From Phallusia mammillata (lineage: Eukaryota), in contig OZ281496.1 in assembly GCA_965637545.1 (NCBI GenBank), forward strand, positions 4,464,001 to 4,528,000: 64,000 bases of DNA, written 5' to 3'. A model generated the notes under the pieces. The model was not told the DNA's origin. It saw nothing but the letters and a program-made list of their open reading frames with translations, and searched no databases. Below, piece after piece: positions 10,995 through 22,599 of the stretch; within the stretch, counting starts at the first letter, position 1, and each line of letters begins with the position of its first letter. The translations under genes and the position numbers were made by a program.

Positions 10995-13900
10995 CTTCTC
11001 AATATTGCCTGACATTTCTATTTGCGAAGCGACGCCAATGACGACACAATTGCAGCTCAACAACAAGAGGAAGCAATCAAACTGGTGAATTGACGTTCGG
11101 CCGAACCTGCCAGAGACTTTTCCAGCACAACCAGACACTTTGGTCATCTACAACGCCTCCGAGATACCATTAGATTCATGTGACACTATTAAAAATCGGA
11201 TAATTGTGACCGAAATTAGCCAGTTGATCCAAGATTTCGCTTAGGATTTTATGAATAGGCGAGGTGGTTAACTTTCACTGAACAGAGTAAGCTTAACCAA
11301 CCATATCCACGAATATAGTAGGCCCTGGATTTCTCCTGCACTGAAGGCTTACTGCTAAAGACAAAGGTGTAATGTTCACACCGAACAACTAAAACAGGTT
11401 TAATATGAATAATAAATATGGAATGGCAAGAACATTGGCCATCTCTGAAGTTTTAATAAGTTACAACACAACCCGACCACGTTTTGTAACTACAATGCAA
11501 ACGCTCCAAACCCCATGAGGCCCAGGCAAGAACTGCCCTAAATATAGCACGAATTATGGCAGACCAAAAGTCACATAACATCAGCGGCCAATTACAAATG
11601 TGCAGGCGCGACACGCCGATGTCAAAATCATTGGTGCGTGACAGTAGGTAATAAATATGGCAAACAAGCGGTACGTTTTAAAAGTGGCATTATAAAAAAT
11701 AAGGTGTAACCCAAATTATTAAAAAATCAAAGTGAAATATAAACATATGTGTTTCCACTGTTCAAAACATTTAATGGATAAAAATGTAAAAATAGATAAG
11801 ACCAACCAAATCTAAACCGTTAAAATACCAGTCTAATAGAGCAACGAAACTCATTTGGATTTTCTTTCAAACATAAATATGTAAAATGTGTATTTGTTTG
11901 TGAAGATTTGATTCAACAGATTATACATGTTTGTCGTAGGTTGGTTTGTATCCGAAACTAAATGTAACGTTGGAAACAATCAATACACTAGGTGGAGGCA
12001 TTAAGTTAAAAATAAAATCGTATTCAGTCACCATAAGAAACAATCCCAACTTGCAAACCAAATCCACCACAAATAAGCTTGTTAAGCATATTTCCTCTCG
12101 ACATCCAAAAACTTGTTTAATACTTAACCAGTAAATGTTTTGACCATAAAACTTTATTCTGGCTGTGACTGCCATTTCTAAACTTCCATTCTAGTTTTAC
12201 TTAGTGGTTCCTATGAATCATGCAAATGTAGCAACTATTAAAAAACAGCAATTTGCTTATAATGTTACAAACTTCGTAGTAGTTCCTCTCACAATTTAAT
12301 TAAGAGATACATGCTACTCTAAAATGGCTAATTGAAACGTGAAAAGCAAAAATGTGACTTTGGTGGCCATATAACCAATACGCACACAGTATCAATTGCA
12401 TCCGATTATATTGTTTTTCAGTCATAGAAACATAAACACTTCGACAAGGTATTTTTTCAGACAACAATAGTAAATATAAGCAGTAAATATTCCATGTACT
12501 GTAATGACTAGCTTTGAACCCTCTAGTTTGAAATCTAAGTTTAGTTGTTGTTTGGGGGAAAATTGTAAGAGTTTTTATGTCGTCAGAAACAGTACAATGT
12601 TATCTGTGAAAAGTTATTGCGAAATGTTATCTACAGACTACTTTGTTTAGATTTTGGATCTTGGGCAATTATGCCCCATACGAGGTAACCGGCTGCAAAA
12701 ATTACAGCAGCCAGAAGAACAAACATCCCAAGTTGGAAGATGTTATAAGCTGCTTCATTAGCTTCATTAGCTTCATTTCTGTCTCCTAGAGTGTCTGCAG
12801 AAAAAGAAGGTTTAACTTAGATAAACATATGTGCATGCGAAAGCATTTGTTACGGGAACTAGAGCTTAACACTTCATGCAGACTAAAAATAATACTATTC
12901 TTATATATACATCGAACGAGACCAAGAAACTTAATGCCGAGTCAAGCTGATTATCAATGCATTTCAGTGCGACCAGAAGTCGTAGATTAAACATTCAGTT
13001 GATGGTGGGATTCGAACCCATCGCATACCATTATTCAGTACTAAGTATTTCGTTTTTAAAGTAACTTTTTTGTTTTCTGGTCAACTCAAGGCCGAGAATG
13101 TTTCCTATATAAAACTTCAAAAAAGCGATGCATAAGTTAGCCAAGTTGGCCGAGTGGTTTAGTACAACCGACTTGTGTTCAATAGTTTGTGAGTTCTAAT
13201 GACTATTAGTTAACGCATTTAGGCGTTGCCGGCCCATCGAGGATGAAATTAAAACAAACAAACAAATTCACTGTCATAGAAACAGGAGAAATATTTAATA
13301 ATTGAGGCCTAATATAGCTGTAGTAAATATGTCCCCAATGGTTTTAGTTGATAAATACAACAATTTGATAACTTGAAACATAGGCAACTGCAGTAATTTG
13401 TCCTGAACTAAGTTAATATGTAGAAGAGTTTAATTATTGTGTTGGTACCTTGCATAAGCAAATACTTGGTAGTTTGTAAGATGTGCACTGGCCCTGCAGA
13501 AACTCGATGGCTGCGTCCATTGTTGTCAACAGATCGTCTTTTTTTCCCACCACACATCTGCAAATCAGTATAATATTTATAATTTTTTTATGTATATAAG
13601 TATTATTAAGGATAAATAAAGCAGCTAAATGTAATCTGAAAAAACTCAAACATCTTGTTTTTTCTATGTTCATTTCAATTAAAGCAAACTTATTGACAAA
13701 TAAGTAAATCAAATATAATCCACTTTACTTGCAATGATGTAAGCAGCTGGACGAAGTACTTATTATGAGCATAACACAACAAACAAACTCAACTCACCTG
13801 TCCAGGACATTGTCCAGTTGAGTTTTGACAGATGGTCACGTCGCAGTGGATGTAGATAAATTGTTCTGCGTCGGTAAAGTTTGTCCACACAAAGCTCATC

Positions 13901-14024
13901 AGCTTGAACGTCGCAAAGTTGGATTTGTAATTCCGCATTAACATCTTTGCATCGGCTGCCTCGCCTCCACTGGGTGGCGCAATACATCTAATAATATTCA
14001 CATCAATGTAAGCAAGTAGAAATA

Positions 14025-14137
14025 GGGCAGGAACTTGGCCGAACGGTCTGGCGCGCCTGACCCATATACAGACATAAAAAACCTGATCGGGATTCGTCCC
14101 CGGGAGAGTCCTGGGTTCGAACCCCGTGAAAAAAAAA
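14025..14137 (+). repeat. SINE-like repeat derived from a Leu/Ser-type tRNA (related copies about 56438-56540 minus, about 57075-57125 plus, about 3270-3340 minus)
   Basis: A-box-like TGGCCGAACGGTC, B-box GGTTCGAACCC, A-rich tail. No intact cloverleaf. Confidence 0.55.
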
Positions 14138-16209
14138 GTTGAAATAGAATGCACCGTTCGAAAAGCAAGAGCATGTCAAACACAACTACTGCTTACCCGC
14201 TTGCTACAACAAGGTAGTTCGGCAAACCACTGGCGTTTTCAACTCGTGTCGCCCAACATTCTTCAAGCTGTGCACAAACAGTGTACCAAATTCATATGAA
14301 CAGTATATTATATATTGTTTGGATGTTCAATATTAAATCACGGAATAAGGTTTGTTTTAGATAGGTTTCAAATTTTTTATTTAAAGGAAGGCTTAAAGAT
14401 GGAGTTATGTTTAAAATACAAAACCAAGTTACACACCAGAGTACGGACCGGACATTTTGGGTCGATTCGGATGTTATTTTTTACCAACTGGGTTAATTCG
14501 GACCTGACTTCACATTGTATGACCGTAACCATTGTAATTACATATTCTGTACTTTTGCAGGCTTTGATGTATATGTCTGTCAAACAAACTTTTGGGCCTT
14601 AACCGGCTTATTCAAAACGATTCGGGTTCGGGCTTGAATTTTGGGTCAGATCTCAACTATGTTGCATACAAAGCAAAACAATGACTACAGGTAACACAAT
14701 TCTGTTTAACTAAAAACACAAGTGTATCATGTGAGTTTGTTATCCATTTTGCTCCAATAAGTTTGTTTTACTTTTTACCTGGACAATGAAGTCATCGTTG
14801 CTTGGAGAAATTTCTTCAAGTTTAACTTCAGCAAAAATGTATTTGGGCACAGTGACTTCCCCAGGCAAGCTTTTTTGCGTTTTGCTCAATGCGTAACGTA
14901 ACTGGTTTTTGAACTATTTGGTTGGAAACTTTGAATCCAATTCTTCCTTCTTTATACCTTTAAAGCTTATATTTTATTTGTACAATCGAAGTTTTTGTGC
15001 GATGTCTAAAAACACTATGCCAAAAATCAAATATCTAAAGTAACCCAATCATTACTAATCTCTTAAGGTTTATTAATGTTACATCAATCAAAAAGAAAAA
15101 AAAAGAAGAACTTACGGGATGGTCAAACTTTCAGTCTGGCACACGCTCATTGATTGTTCCGTTCCTACAGAAAACATTACATTACTTTTAGTTAGGTTAC
15201 CCCTTTTGAACTAAATAACAGGCACCTTGCTGCATTGGATAGATAAAGTTTTTGAACCAAATAACAAGATTGATTAAATTATCTGCATTTCCGCATTGCA
15301 TAGATAAAATTTTGCTTCAGCACATTTCACTAAACTTGCGTTTCAAAACTATTTTTGTAGTTTTCTACAAGAAGAACCTAATGGGTTTTGTTTTCCCTTT
15401 TTCACAACCTAAAAAATTACAGCTCGATGCCACTGAATTGACAAAATGTCAAATAATGAACATGATATGGTGCAAATCAATTTAATATAATCTCATTTAC
15501 TTTACGGGTAATTCGGAAAGTTTAATTTTTTCCATCAGTATCAACCTTTGAAAATGTACCTAAAACATTCATTGTCCGATTTGTTTTTTGTCTTTTGCTT
15601 TCTAAAACCAAATAGCACTAACCTGAGGGAAGGTTAACCGTCGCATTAAATCCCTGCTGAGTACCGGAAACGTCGCTGATAAAGATAAGAGTAAGATTTG
15701 TCGCAGTAACTGTGTGATTCAATCCTCCACCATAATGCCCAGTCAATCTTTCTACATTTCCTTGGTCGTCTTTAAACTGAAAATAATTTCGCTCCATTGA
15801 TCTAGTGGAAAAACTCTGGTTTAAATCGGGGGTGCATAAGGCGCGGGAGAAAAAAGGGAAGTTATGACGCCGCAAAAACATGTCTGGGGTTGGTCAATGG
15901 AATAAAACTGTTTTTCACAGAAATTTGGGTGTAATAACCGCTCTGACTGGGTTTCGAGTGCCTGGAGAGTTTGTTAGCGGCTTAGTAACCATTGGGAAAA
16001 AATACTAAATAAACAACAGTCAGGACGTGATTGCACTCAAAATAATCTCTATCTACGAGTGAAAGAATAAAACAAATTTTCTAGATTTTTAGGCAACGGT
16101 AAAATGGATTTCTTTGAGTGGTTTAGTTAGAAAATCAAAACAAAAATGCTGTTGGTAAAATGGCGATCTGTGATGTGAGAGTCAATAGGAAATTGGAGCG
16201 TTTTATTTG

Positions 16210-16765
16210 TCGAACCAGGGCCAACATCCGCTTGCGTCTTATCCATGAAACGAACAAACTTTCACAGTATTTTCCTATAAAAAAGCACCAGGAACATATC
16301 GAGAGAACTAACGTTGTTTACCGGTTGGTTTGCAACTGCGGCGCTTCATATATTGGGGAAACGCGACAAAATCTGGCTGTAGGACTCTAAGAACATCGCA
16401 TGGACCAAAAATCAGAAGTGTGTCGGCACATTTTTTCGAATCCCACACATAAAGTTAATTTTGCCGAGCCAAGACCGCGTAAAACTGTTGTTTCTCGAAT
16501 CGCTTTCTATTCAAAAAGCATGACTCCGAGCTCAACATCGACACAGTTTCCATGCCCTTGCGTCTGTTCAACACCTGACCTATTTCTTCGGTTCTTATCT
16601 TTTTTCTACGTCACCGTTCTAAACGCCAGTTCCCTGTTATCGCCTGTGACGTCACTTCACACACCTGGCATTTACCTTTTTTTCTTAGTGCTTTATATAC
16701 CGCGTTCTACAGCTTGATTGACAACCTCCACTGATGATGACAACAGAGATTATTAAAACGTCTGA
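16210..16765 (+). mobile_element. Penelope-like element 3' fragment (GIY-YIG endonuclease), in an intron of copy B
   Basis: NVVYRLVCNCGASYIGETRQNL..EH, then in shifted frames LESLSIQK / HDSELNIDTVSMPLRLFNT*, typical of a PLE C-terminus. Followed by a CTGATGA..AAAACGTC motif at 16731-16762. Confidence 0.8.
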
Positions 16766-16781
16766 ACGATGTATTCTATAT

Positions 16782-17535
16782 ACGCTTCAGGGCTGATCCC
16801 AGTTATGAATTTATGTTCATCTTAACTGATACTGGTCAATCTGGCGATCCCCTACTACGAAGCTGGCATGTGCAGCATACGAGGCAGGCAACGGTGCTTG
16901 TGATTCGACGTTCGGCGGATTCTCCACTGGGCCTGTGTAGCTCAGTTGGTAGAGCGCGAGTCCCGGAAAGACTCCTGTCGTGGGTTCGAATCCCACCGCA
17001 GGCTAGATTTTTCTAGCCTACGCCTTGCCATATGGTGGTGAATGCTTGGTGACCGGGTGATTCGGTATAGCGCCTTCAATGGGCCTGGCGTACTGTGATT
17101 TATATATGAGTGTGCCGTGATCGCTGGTCTGCATAGACGCTTCAGGGCTGATCCCAGTTATGAATTTATGTTCATCTTAACTGATACTGGTCAATCTGGC
17201 GATCCCCTACTACGAAGCTGACATGTGCAGCATACGAGGCAGGCAACGGTGCTTGTGATTCGACTTTCGGCGGATTCTCCACTGGGCCTGTTTAGCTCAG
17301 TTGGTAGAGCGCGAGTCCCGGAAAGACTCCTGTCGTGGGTTCGAATCCCACCGCAGGCTAGATTTTTCTAGCCTACGCCTTGCCATATGGTGGTGAATGC
17401 TTGGTGACCGGCTGATTCGGTATAGCGCCTTCAATGGGCCTGGCGTACTGTGATTTATACATGAGTGTGCCGTGATGGCTGGTCTGCATAGACGCTTCAG
17501 GGCTGATCCCAGTTATGAATTGATGTTCATCTTAG
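16782..17535 (+). repeat. Tandem array of a 355-bp unit containing a tRNA-like cloverleaf (2 full units + about 45 bp)
   Basis: acgcttcagggctgatccc starts at 16782, 17137 and 17492 (period 355). Units are nearly identical. Confidence 0.95.
16931..17004 (+). pseudogene. tRNA-like sequence (second copy 17286-17359), atypical, nominal anticodon GGA
   Basis: Acceptor GCCTGTG/CGCAGGC, D arm GCTC/GAGC, anticodon arm GAGTC-CCGGAAA-GACTC, T arm GTGGG-TTCGAAT-CCCAC. One extra nt before the anticodon stem, C instead of U33, and a short variable loop that does not fit Ser. Confidence 0.7.
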
Positions 17536-19639
17536 TTGTGATTTAAATAAAAGTTTTGTTTGGAGCCAGGCGTTTCAAAATAGGTTCGGCTCTTGTGTCA
17601 ATAAAACATGTTTGAAAAAAAATCCAAACTCGGAACAAACTGAGGCTTGATTAAAACCTGGTTCGGTCCGTTTTGGTTCTGCAATGTAATTTAAAAATAA
17701 ATAACCACTCACTTACGTATAAAAGGTCAAAGTTATTTTCGATGGTAAAAGTGGAGAATTGAAACACCAAGGACGTGCTGCTTTCCATGCGAAATCTCCA
17801 AACACAACCAGACGTAGCTGGGTAGTTACTCGGAAAGTTTGGAGACTGTAAGTTATAAACCGGGCCGGTAGCATCTTCTCCGCACAAAGTAGCTAAAATA
17901 CATAGAAAACAGTAATGTAAAACTCCATAGGAGCTTTCGTGCTGATGCACAATAAGCGTAAGTTGTTTGATAGTTCAACTGCACACATTACAGCCGATAA
18001 AAACAACTGTGAATCCTGAACAGTTACTTAGTTACTTAACCACATGTATTTAAACTGTTACTCAAAAAACATGAGACTTGTTTGGCCTGGCTGCGCAAAC
18101 CTCTACCCTTAATGTTCACCCGTTTCACTGATGAGACTTAACAGAATGAAAGTCTTTGCCTGTATTAACCTTAAAATAACACACAATAAACATATTCTCT
18201 TGACTCCGAATTGATAAACTTAAGAGGATGGCCAAGTTCACGAAGTGACTTTTCAGAATTGCACAAAATGAAACCTTTTTGGAAAACGTGTTAAATTTGA
18301 CTTACCAGCGTGCAATACGATTTTTACTGTTCCCGTTGTGAGGTTTGTGACACAAGCTATATAAACAGTAGAGCTTTCAATAAAAACCGGAAAAGATAAA
18401 CCTCCACCTTCCAACGTTCCAGCCAATGTACCTTCCTCGTTGGGTCCCTCGTAAATCTAGGTTAAACACAATGAGGCTAAAGGTTAAAATTTACACATTC
18501 ATGACAATTTGTTTCGTTAAGACTTCTTACCGAGCTTGAACGAACTATTGTGTAAAACACGTCAGTTTAAACCAAGTCAAACAAATACGACAGAAATGTG
18601 GCCGAGTAAAAAGTCAAGGCTAATTTCAGCCTGTTTTGTTCAAAACCAAATTTCGAACGTTTTCCGAAAACCACTTTGTTTCAATTAAAACTCCAAATCA
18701 AGTCTACGACAATTTTTTTTTCAAGCAGGCAATATGAAACAAGCCAGAAATCGAGTTAAAGTATTAAAAAAGAAGTGATTTTGGTTCGTTACTTTAATCG
18801 TCTAGTTGAGATAAATGTGTTATATGCGCACGTGTGTCATACAAACTGTTTTTTTTTTCTGGTTAAAACATCGAAAAAATAATAATCAACGGCTTGCAAT
18901 AAGATGTAGAAAGATCGAAAGTGTGCAAACTGTCCGCCCTACAGTTTAAAAAGAAATGCACCAACAGCATTTTGTGTACCGAAGTTAAAGGTTATACTCA
19001 TAAGACTTTACCTTACAAAAGTTGTCTGCAGCTAGCTCTCCACTTCCAAAATAAGTAATCATTCTTGTGGCCCCCAGTGAGTGGATGACACGTCGAGTAT
19101 ATGTGGTACATTGAGGTAAAATGTTCACTCCTAGCGAACTTGTAGTTATTTCCGCTTCGTGACACTGACCGTCCGACACTGAACATGAGATTTACCATTA
19201 GAAATAAACTTACACATTGTTCAATGGTTTTATTTGATAAATTGCAATATTTAGTTTGTAAATTTATATGCCGCGAGTACAATTTTTTTTGAATGGCTAT
19301 GTTTTATTGCTATAGTTGCCAAAACTTACTTACCTCGATGCAATAAAGTCATTAGGCCCACGAAAAGAGCAAACTTTACCAGCAAAATTGACATTTTGGA
19401 CGTTTTGTTTGACAAAACACAACTGTTTGATACATCAACTATACCTGCTAATATACAATACATATAAATCATTAAACATACTAAGTTACTACTACCAATA
19501 TAACCTACAACTATATATATTTGCACATATACTACGTACGCATATTTTTGCTTTTCTATATTTAAACATGTTTTATTTGAACTTGTTTAGTCAAGTGTGG
19601 CAACAACTTTGCCTAAATCATTTTAGCAATACAAGTCTT

Positions 19640-20905
19640 ATAATGCTACCTCTCAGCTGCAACTCTTCGTATGCGCCAATTTCCTTTTCGACATTATAAC
19701 ACACTGTGGTCTAATAAACAGTCGTACACACCGCAAGCCCCGCAACACAACGCAGGTGATTCAAACCGGATCAATACAGTTGCGACGCTTACCCTGTATC
19801 GATGCCGCTACATCTAACTGGGTTAAAACGCGTATTACGTTGTTCACGTGAGTCGTCGTTCTTTTTTCAAACTCCGCGGAAGCAAGCTGCACACAGTGCC
19901 CATTGTTTTAATCCACAAGTCCCGTCATTGCAGCTGCTGTTTTTTTGTAACGCCACTCGAGTTTGTTGGGAGTAACAGTCTGATATAAAGTGTACCATTT
20001 AAGATTTTAACCATCTATATGTACTGAAACTCATAGTAAAAGTTTAATAGTAAGTTTCGTAGAACACGTTTTAGTGTTTACAGCAGTTTGCACGATTTTT
20101 AATTTTATTTGGCAAGACAGCATTTTTTCCCTGGTCAGTATACAAAAAAACTCACAAGTCCTTTGGCGCCCAAGTTTAAAATTGAAATGAGCAAGATCAA
20201 AGCCCCACCCCTTACCTAACACGGTTGGTTAGCTTGCAGGGCTCCCCACGACTGGCCACCCCCTCTTTTACTTACACCTTGAAATCGTTTGCTATACAAG
20301 GGTGTATACGAGGGTAGAGCTATTAATAAACTTGCGACAGATAAAGTTTATTAAGTTCCGATAGATGGCGTAAAGAGCACAATTATTTAACTACAGATCG
20401 TCTGGGATAGAGTTAGGGGCTAAATTTAACACGAGAACTAAGTTTGCAGGTTAAAATTATTTTCATTATAAAACCTCACCTCAACTGTAATCGCATAAAC
20501 CGTCAGGGTTTTCATACAATCTTCCTTGACAATTTACAAATGCTCTTTGTGCCATCTATCGGTATTTAGCAAACTTTGTCCAATACCAGTTCTTACAGTT
20601 GAATCAATCGGTCAGTGACTGAATTGCTGAGTCAAGTGTTGCAAAAGCTTTGTTTAAATCGTTTCAGCTATGCCAGTATCATAATGCTACATCTCAGCTA
20701 AAATGCTTTGTATGCTTCATGTTTCCTCATATACCCCGAACACACTGCGGCCTACTTAGAGATTGCCAGCGCAAACCATCACAAACCTCGTAACACAATG
20801 CAGGTGACTCAAACCGGAACAATACAGTTTCGGCGCCTATGCGGTAACGATGCCGCTTAAAACAACTGGATTTAATGCGTAATACATAACTCATGTGGTT
20901 CGACT
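19640..20905 (-). repeat. Diverged direct repeat pair (about 19640-19860 and about 20680-20905), possible decayed exons
   Basis: Minus-strand RHRYRVSVATVLIRFESPALCCGAC versus RHRYRIGAETVLFRFESPALCYEVC with several synonymous changes. The copies differ by a 7-nt indel. Confidence 0.45.
20355..20575. mobile_element. Short MITE-like element (related partial copy about 24810-24970)
   Basis: Inverted ends ccgatagatggcgtaaagagca / tgctctttgtgccatctatcgg. Confidence 0.6.
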
Positions 20906-21695
20906 GTATTATGGAACCTGTGTTCAATTATTTCGTTACATTTCTAACCGTTTTGGTTTTATTACTGAAAATAAAACGTTACGTTTGTACTTAAATCCTC
21001 CAAAACATTCAGCAAAAAAGCATAATATTTCAGTATTTGCTGTTCTTTTTTAAATAAACTATCTCCCATTCAATGCCTTGTTCAATTTAAAACCTAATAT
21101 ATCTCTATTGCTTAGTTACTACCCACATCAAAAAATGATGATTCCAATTATAAAGTCAGGCCTGATTTATTAAAAATCAATTCACAAATCTACACTTAAA
21201 GCACACCCCGTTTCAACCCTAACTCATTCCATAAAATGTTTAATGTATGTAAAATGTTGTGAGATACATTTGTGAAAACTTCTTATTTGTTATTTAAATG
21301 CGGATCTACAGTTATTAAGTTGATTATGTTTCTCCCTGCTATACCGTTTGGTGTGCAGCCAAAGGAGCAACGTACGGTGCTAGAAATACGATTTATCTTT
21401 TAAGAGCCCGTCTCTGTGCAGAACATACAGAACAAAGCGGTGTGTACATGTTGCAATAAGCCAGCTTCCTGTCATCATACCGAAGGGAAAAGGACTATGC
21501 TGTCAGTTTGCATGTATTGTGCAGCAGTTTGAGACTTAAAATACGTCTTAGTTAGTTCTTCAAGACAAGTTTTTTAAAGTTCAGTTTTGTGTTGGTTTAT
21601 TGCTACTTTGTTACCATAAATCAGACAGTACTTCATTGCAGTAGACATGATCCATCATTTGTGTCCCTGCCTTTAAGTAGAGTCAACTTAAAACG

Positions 21696-21724
21696 GGTTG
21701 AGTTGAGTTGAGTTGAGTTGAGTT
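21696..21724 (+). repeat. (GAGTT)n microsatellite
   Basis: gggttgagttgagttgagttgagttgagttt. Confidence 0.9.
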
Positions 21725-22261
21725 TATTTCGCTCGGTGAAATAAAACATAGCGACACAATTGCACTAGAAACAATCACCAAGCCGGAAATAGCTGCGCAA
21801 CGTTGAGACTTTATGGGACGCAAAAAAGTGGAGGGCAGAATTGGTGGATAATGGCTAAACGCGCTGCAGCTACACAGTATTATAAAGCGTAAATGGTTAA
21901 ATGACACTCATTAAAAAGCGTCAACCCTTAGAATTTTTTCATAATTCTAAAGTTTCAATTTTTAGCGCATGCGCTAGATCGTTTGTAAGCCCAAAATGCA
22001 GTTTGGTTGTTGTTTGGTTTAAACCAACTGAACAGGTTATCTGTTAAGAAATTTCCTTCTAGTGCAACGAGGCCAAGTCTTTTCACAGCTGAGACTTAAG
22101 TTACGTCAAGTCAGTAAAAGAAACGAATCAAGTTGCATTGGAGTCCAGTCACCGACTCGAGTCTCTATATCATTTATTTTAATTAACATTTTGTTGCGAC
22201 ACAGCACACTCATATATAAATCTTAGTAAGCAAGGCCAGTAAAAAATCATACCCAATCAGC

Positions 22262-22430
22262 AATTGAGATCAGTTGGTAGAGCGCAAGTCCCGTAAAGGC
22301 ACCTAACGTGGGTTCAAATCCCACTGCAGGCTTGTTTTTTAAGACTACGTCTCGCATATGTTGTAATACTTCGACTGATTCGATATGACGCTTTTCATAT
22401 GCCCGGTTTACTATGACTCAGGCAAACAAC
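22262..22430 (+). repeat. Partial diverged copy of the 355-bp tRNA-like unit
   Basis: tcagttggtagagcgcaagtcccgtaaaggcacctaacgtgggttcaaatcccactgcaggct followed by a decayed downstream segment. Confidence 0.7.
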
Positions 22431-22599
22431 TACCTTTTTGATTTCATAAGTGAAAGATCCTCTCTATTTGTGTCATTTCTCGAACATTAGGTAAAACTTC
22501 TTGCACTCACTCTCTTCCTTTTCACGATTATGACACGTCACTTCCAATTAGTCAGAAAAGTGTGACATGACGTATTCAATGCTTTGACGTTTCTGTTGA

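Larger units (their letters stand above)
8860..11647 (+). repeat. Local direct duplication of an about 1.1-kb block (about 8860-9980 and about 10300-11647); third copy at about 62637-64000
   Basis: Shared blocks include cagtgatttccaac..aagtcacc, the signal-peptide exon, and gctaaagacaaaggtgtaatgttcacac. Confidence 0.9.
12631..19394 (-). pseudogene. CUB-ZP paralogue copy B lacking most of ZP-N (pseudogene or truncated isoform)
   Basis: Open, phase-compatible exons: 19394-19334 (MSILLVKFALFVGLMTLLHR), 19178-19012, 18456-18306, 17892-17717, 15776-15623, 15164-15116, 14267-14197, 13987-13798, 13557-13449 (KKRRS), 12794-12631 (TM). The two ZP-N exons are absent. Only the 3' half of the linker/ZP-C exon remains (about 14870-14779, LPGEVTVPKYIFAEVKL..FIVQ), with no clear in-frame acceptor. 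Confidence 0.75.

Noticed and set aside
11921-12175. 84-aa minus-strand ORF with a hydrophobic stretch
   Set aside because: No recognisable motif, no paralogue and no convincing splice partners.
13135-13215. tRNA-like fragment gccaagttggccgagtggtttag; also isolated B-box fragments at about 2555, 13010, 53140 and 55725
   Set aside because: They cannot fold into cloverleaves and are treated as decayed SINE or tRNA-like repeat debris, not tRNA genes.
16931-17004. Functional tRNA-Ser(GGA)
   Set aside because: No U33, an extra base before the anticodon stem, no long variable arm, and the anticodon differs among family copies.
18128-18160. CTGATGAGACTT..AAGTC as a hammerhead
   Set aside because: No GAAA follows the stem, and no stem I or III pairing.
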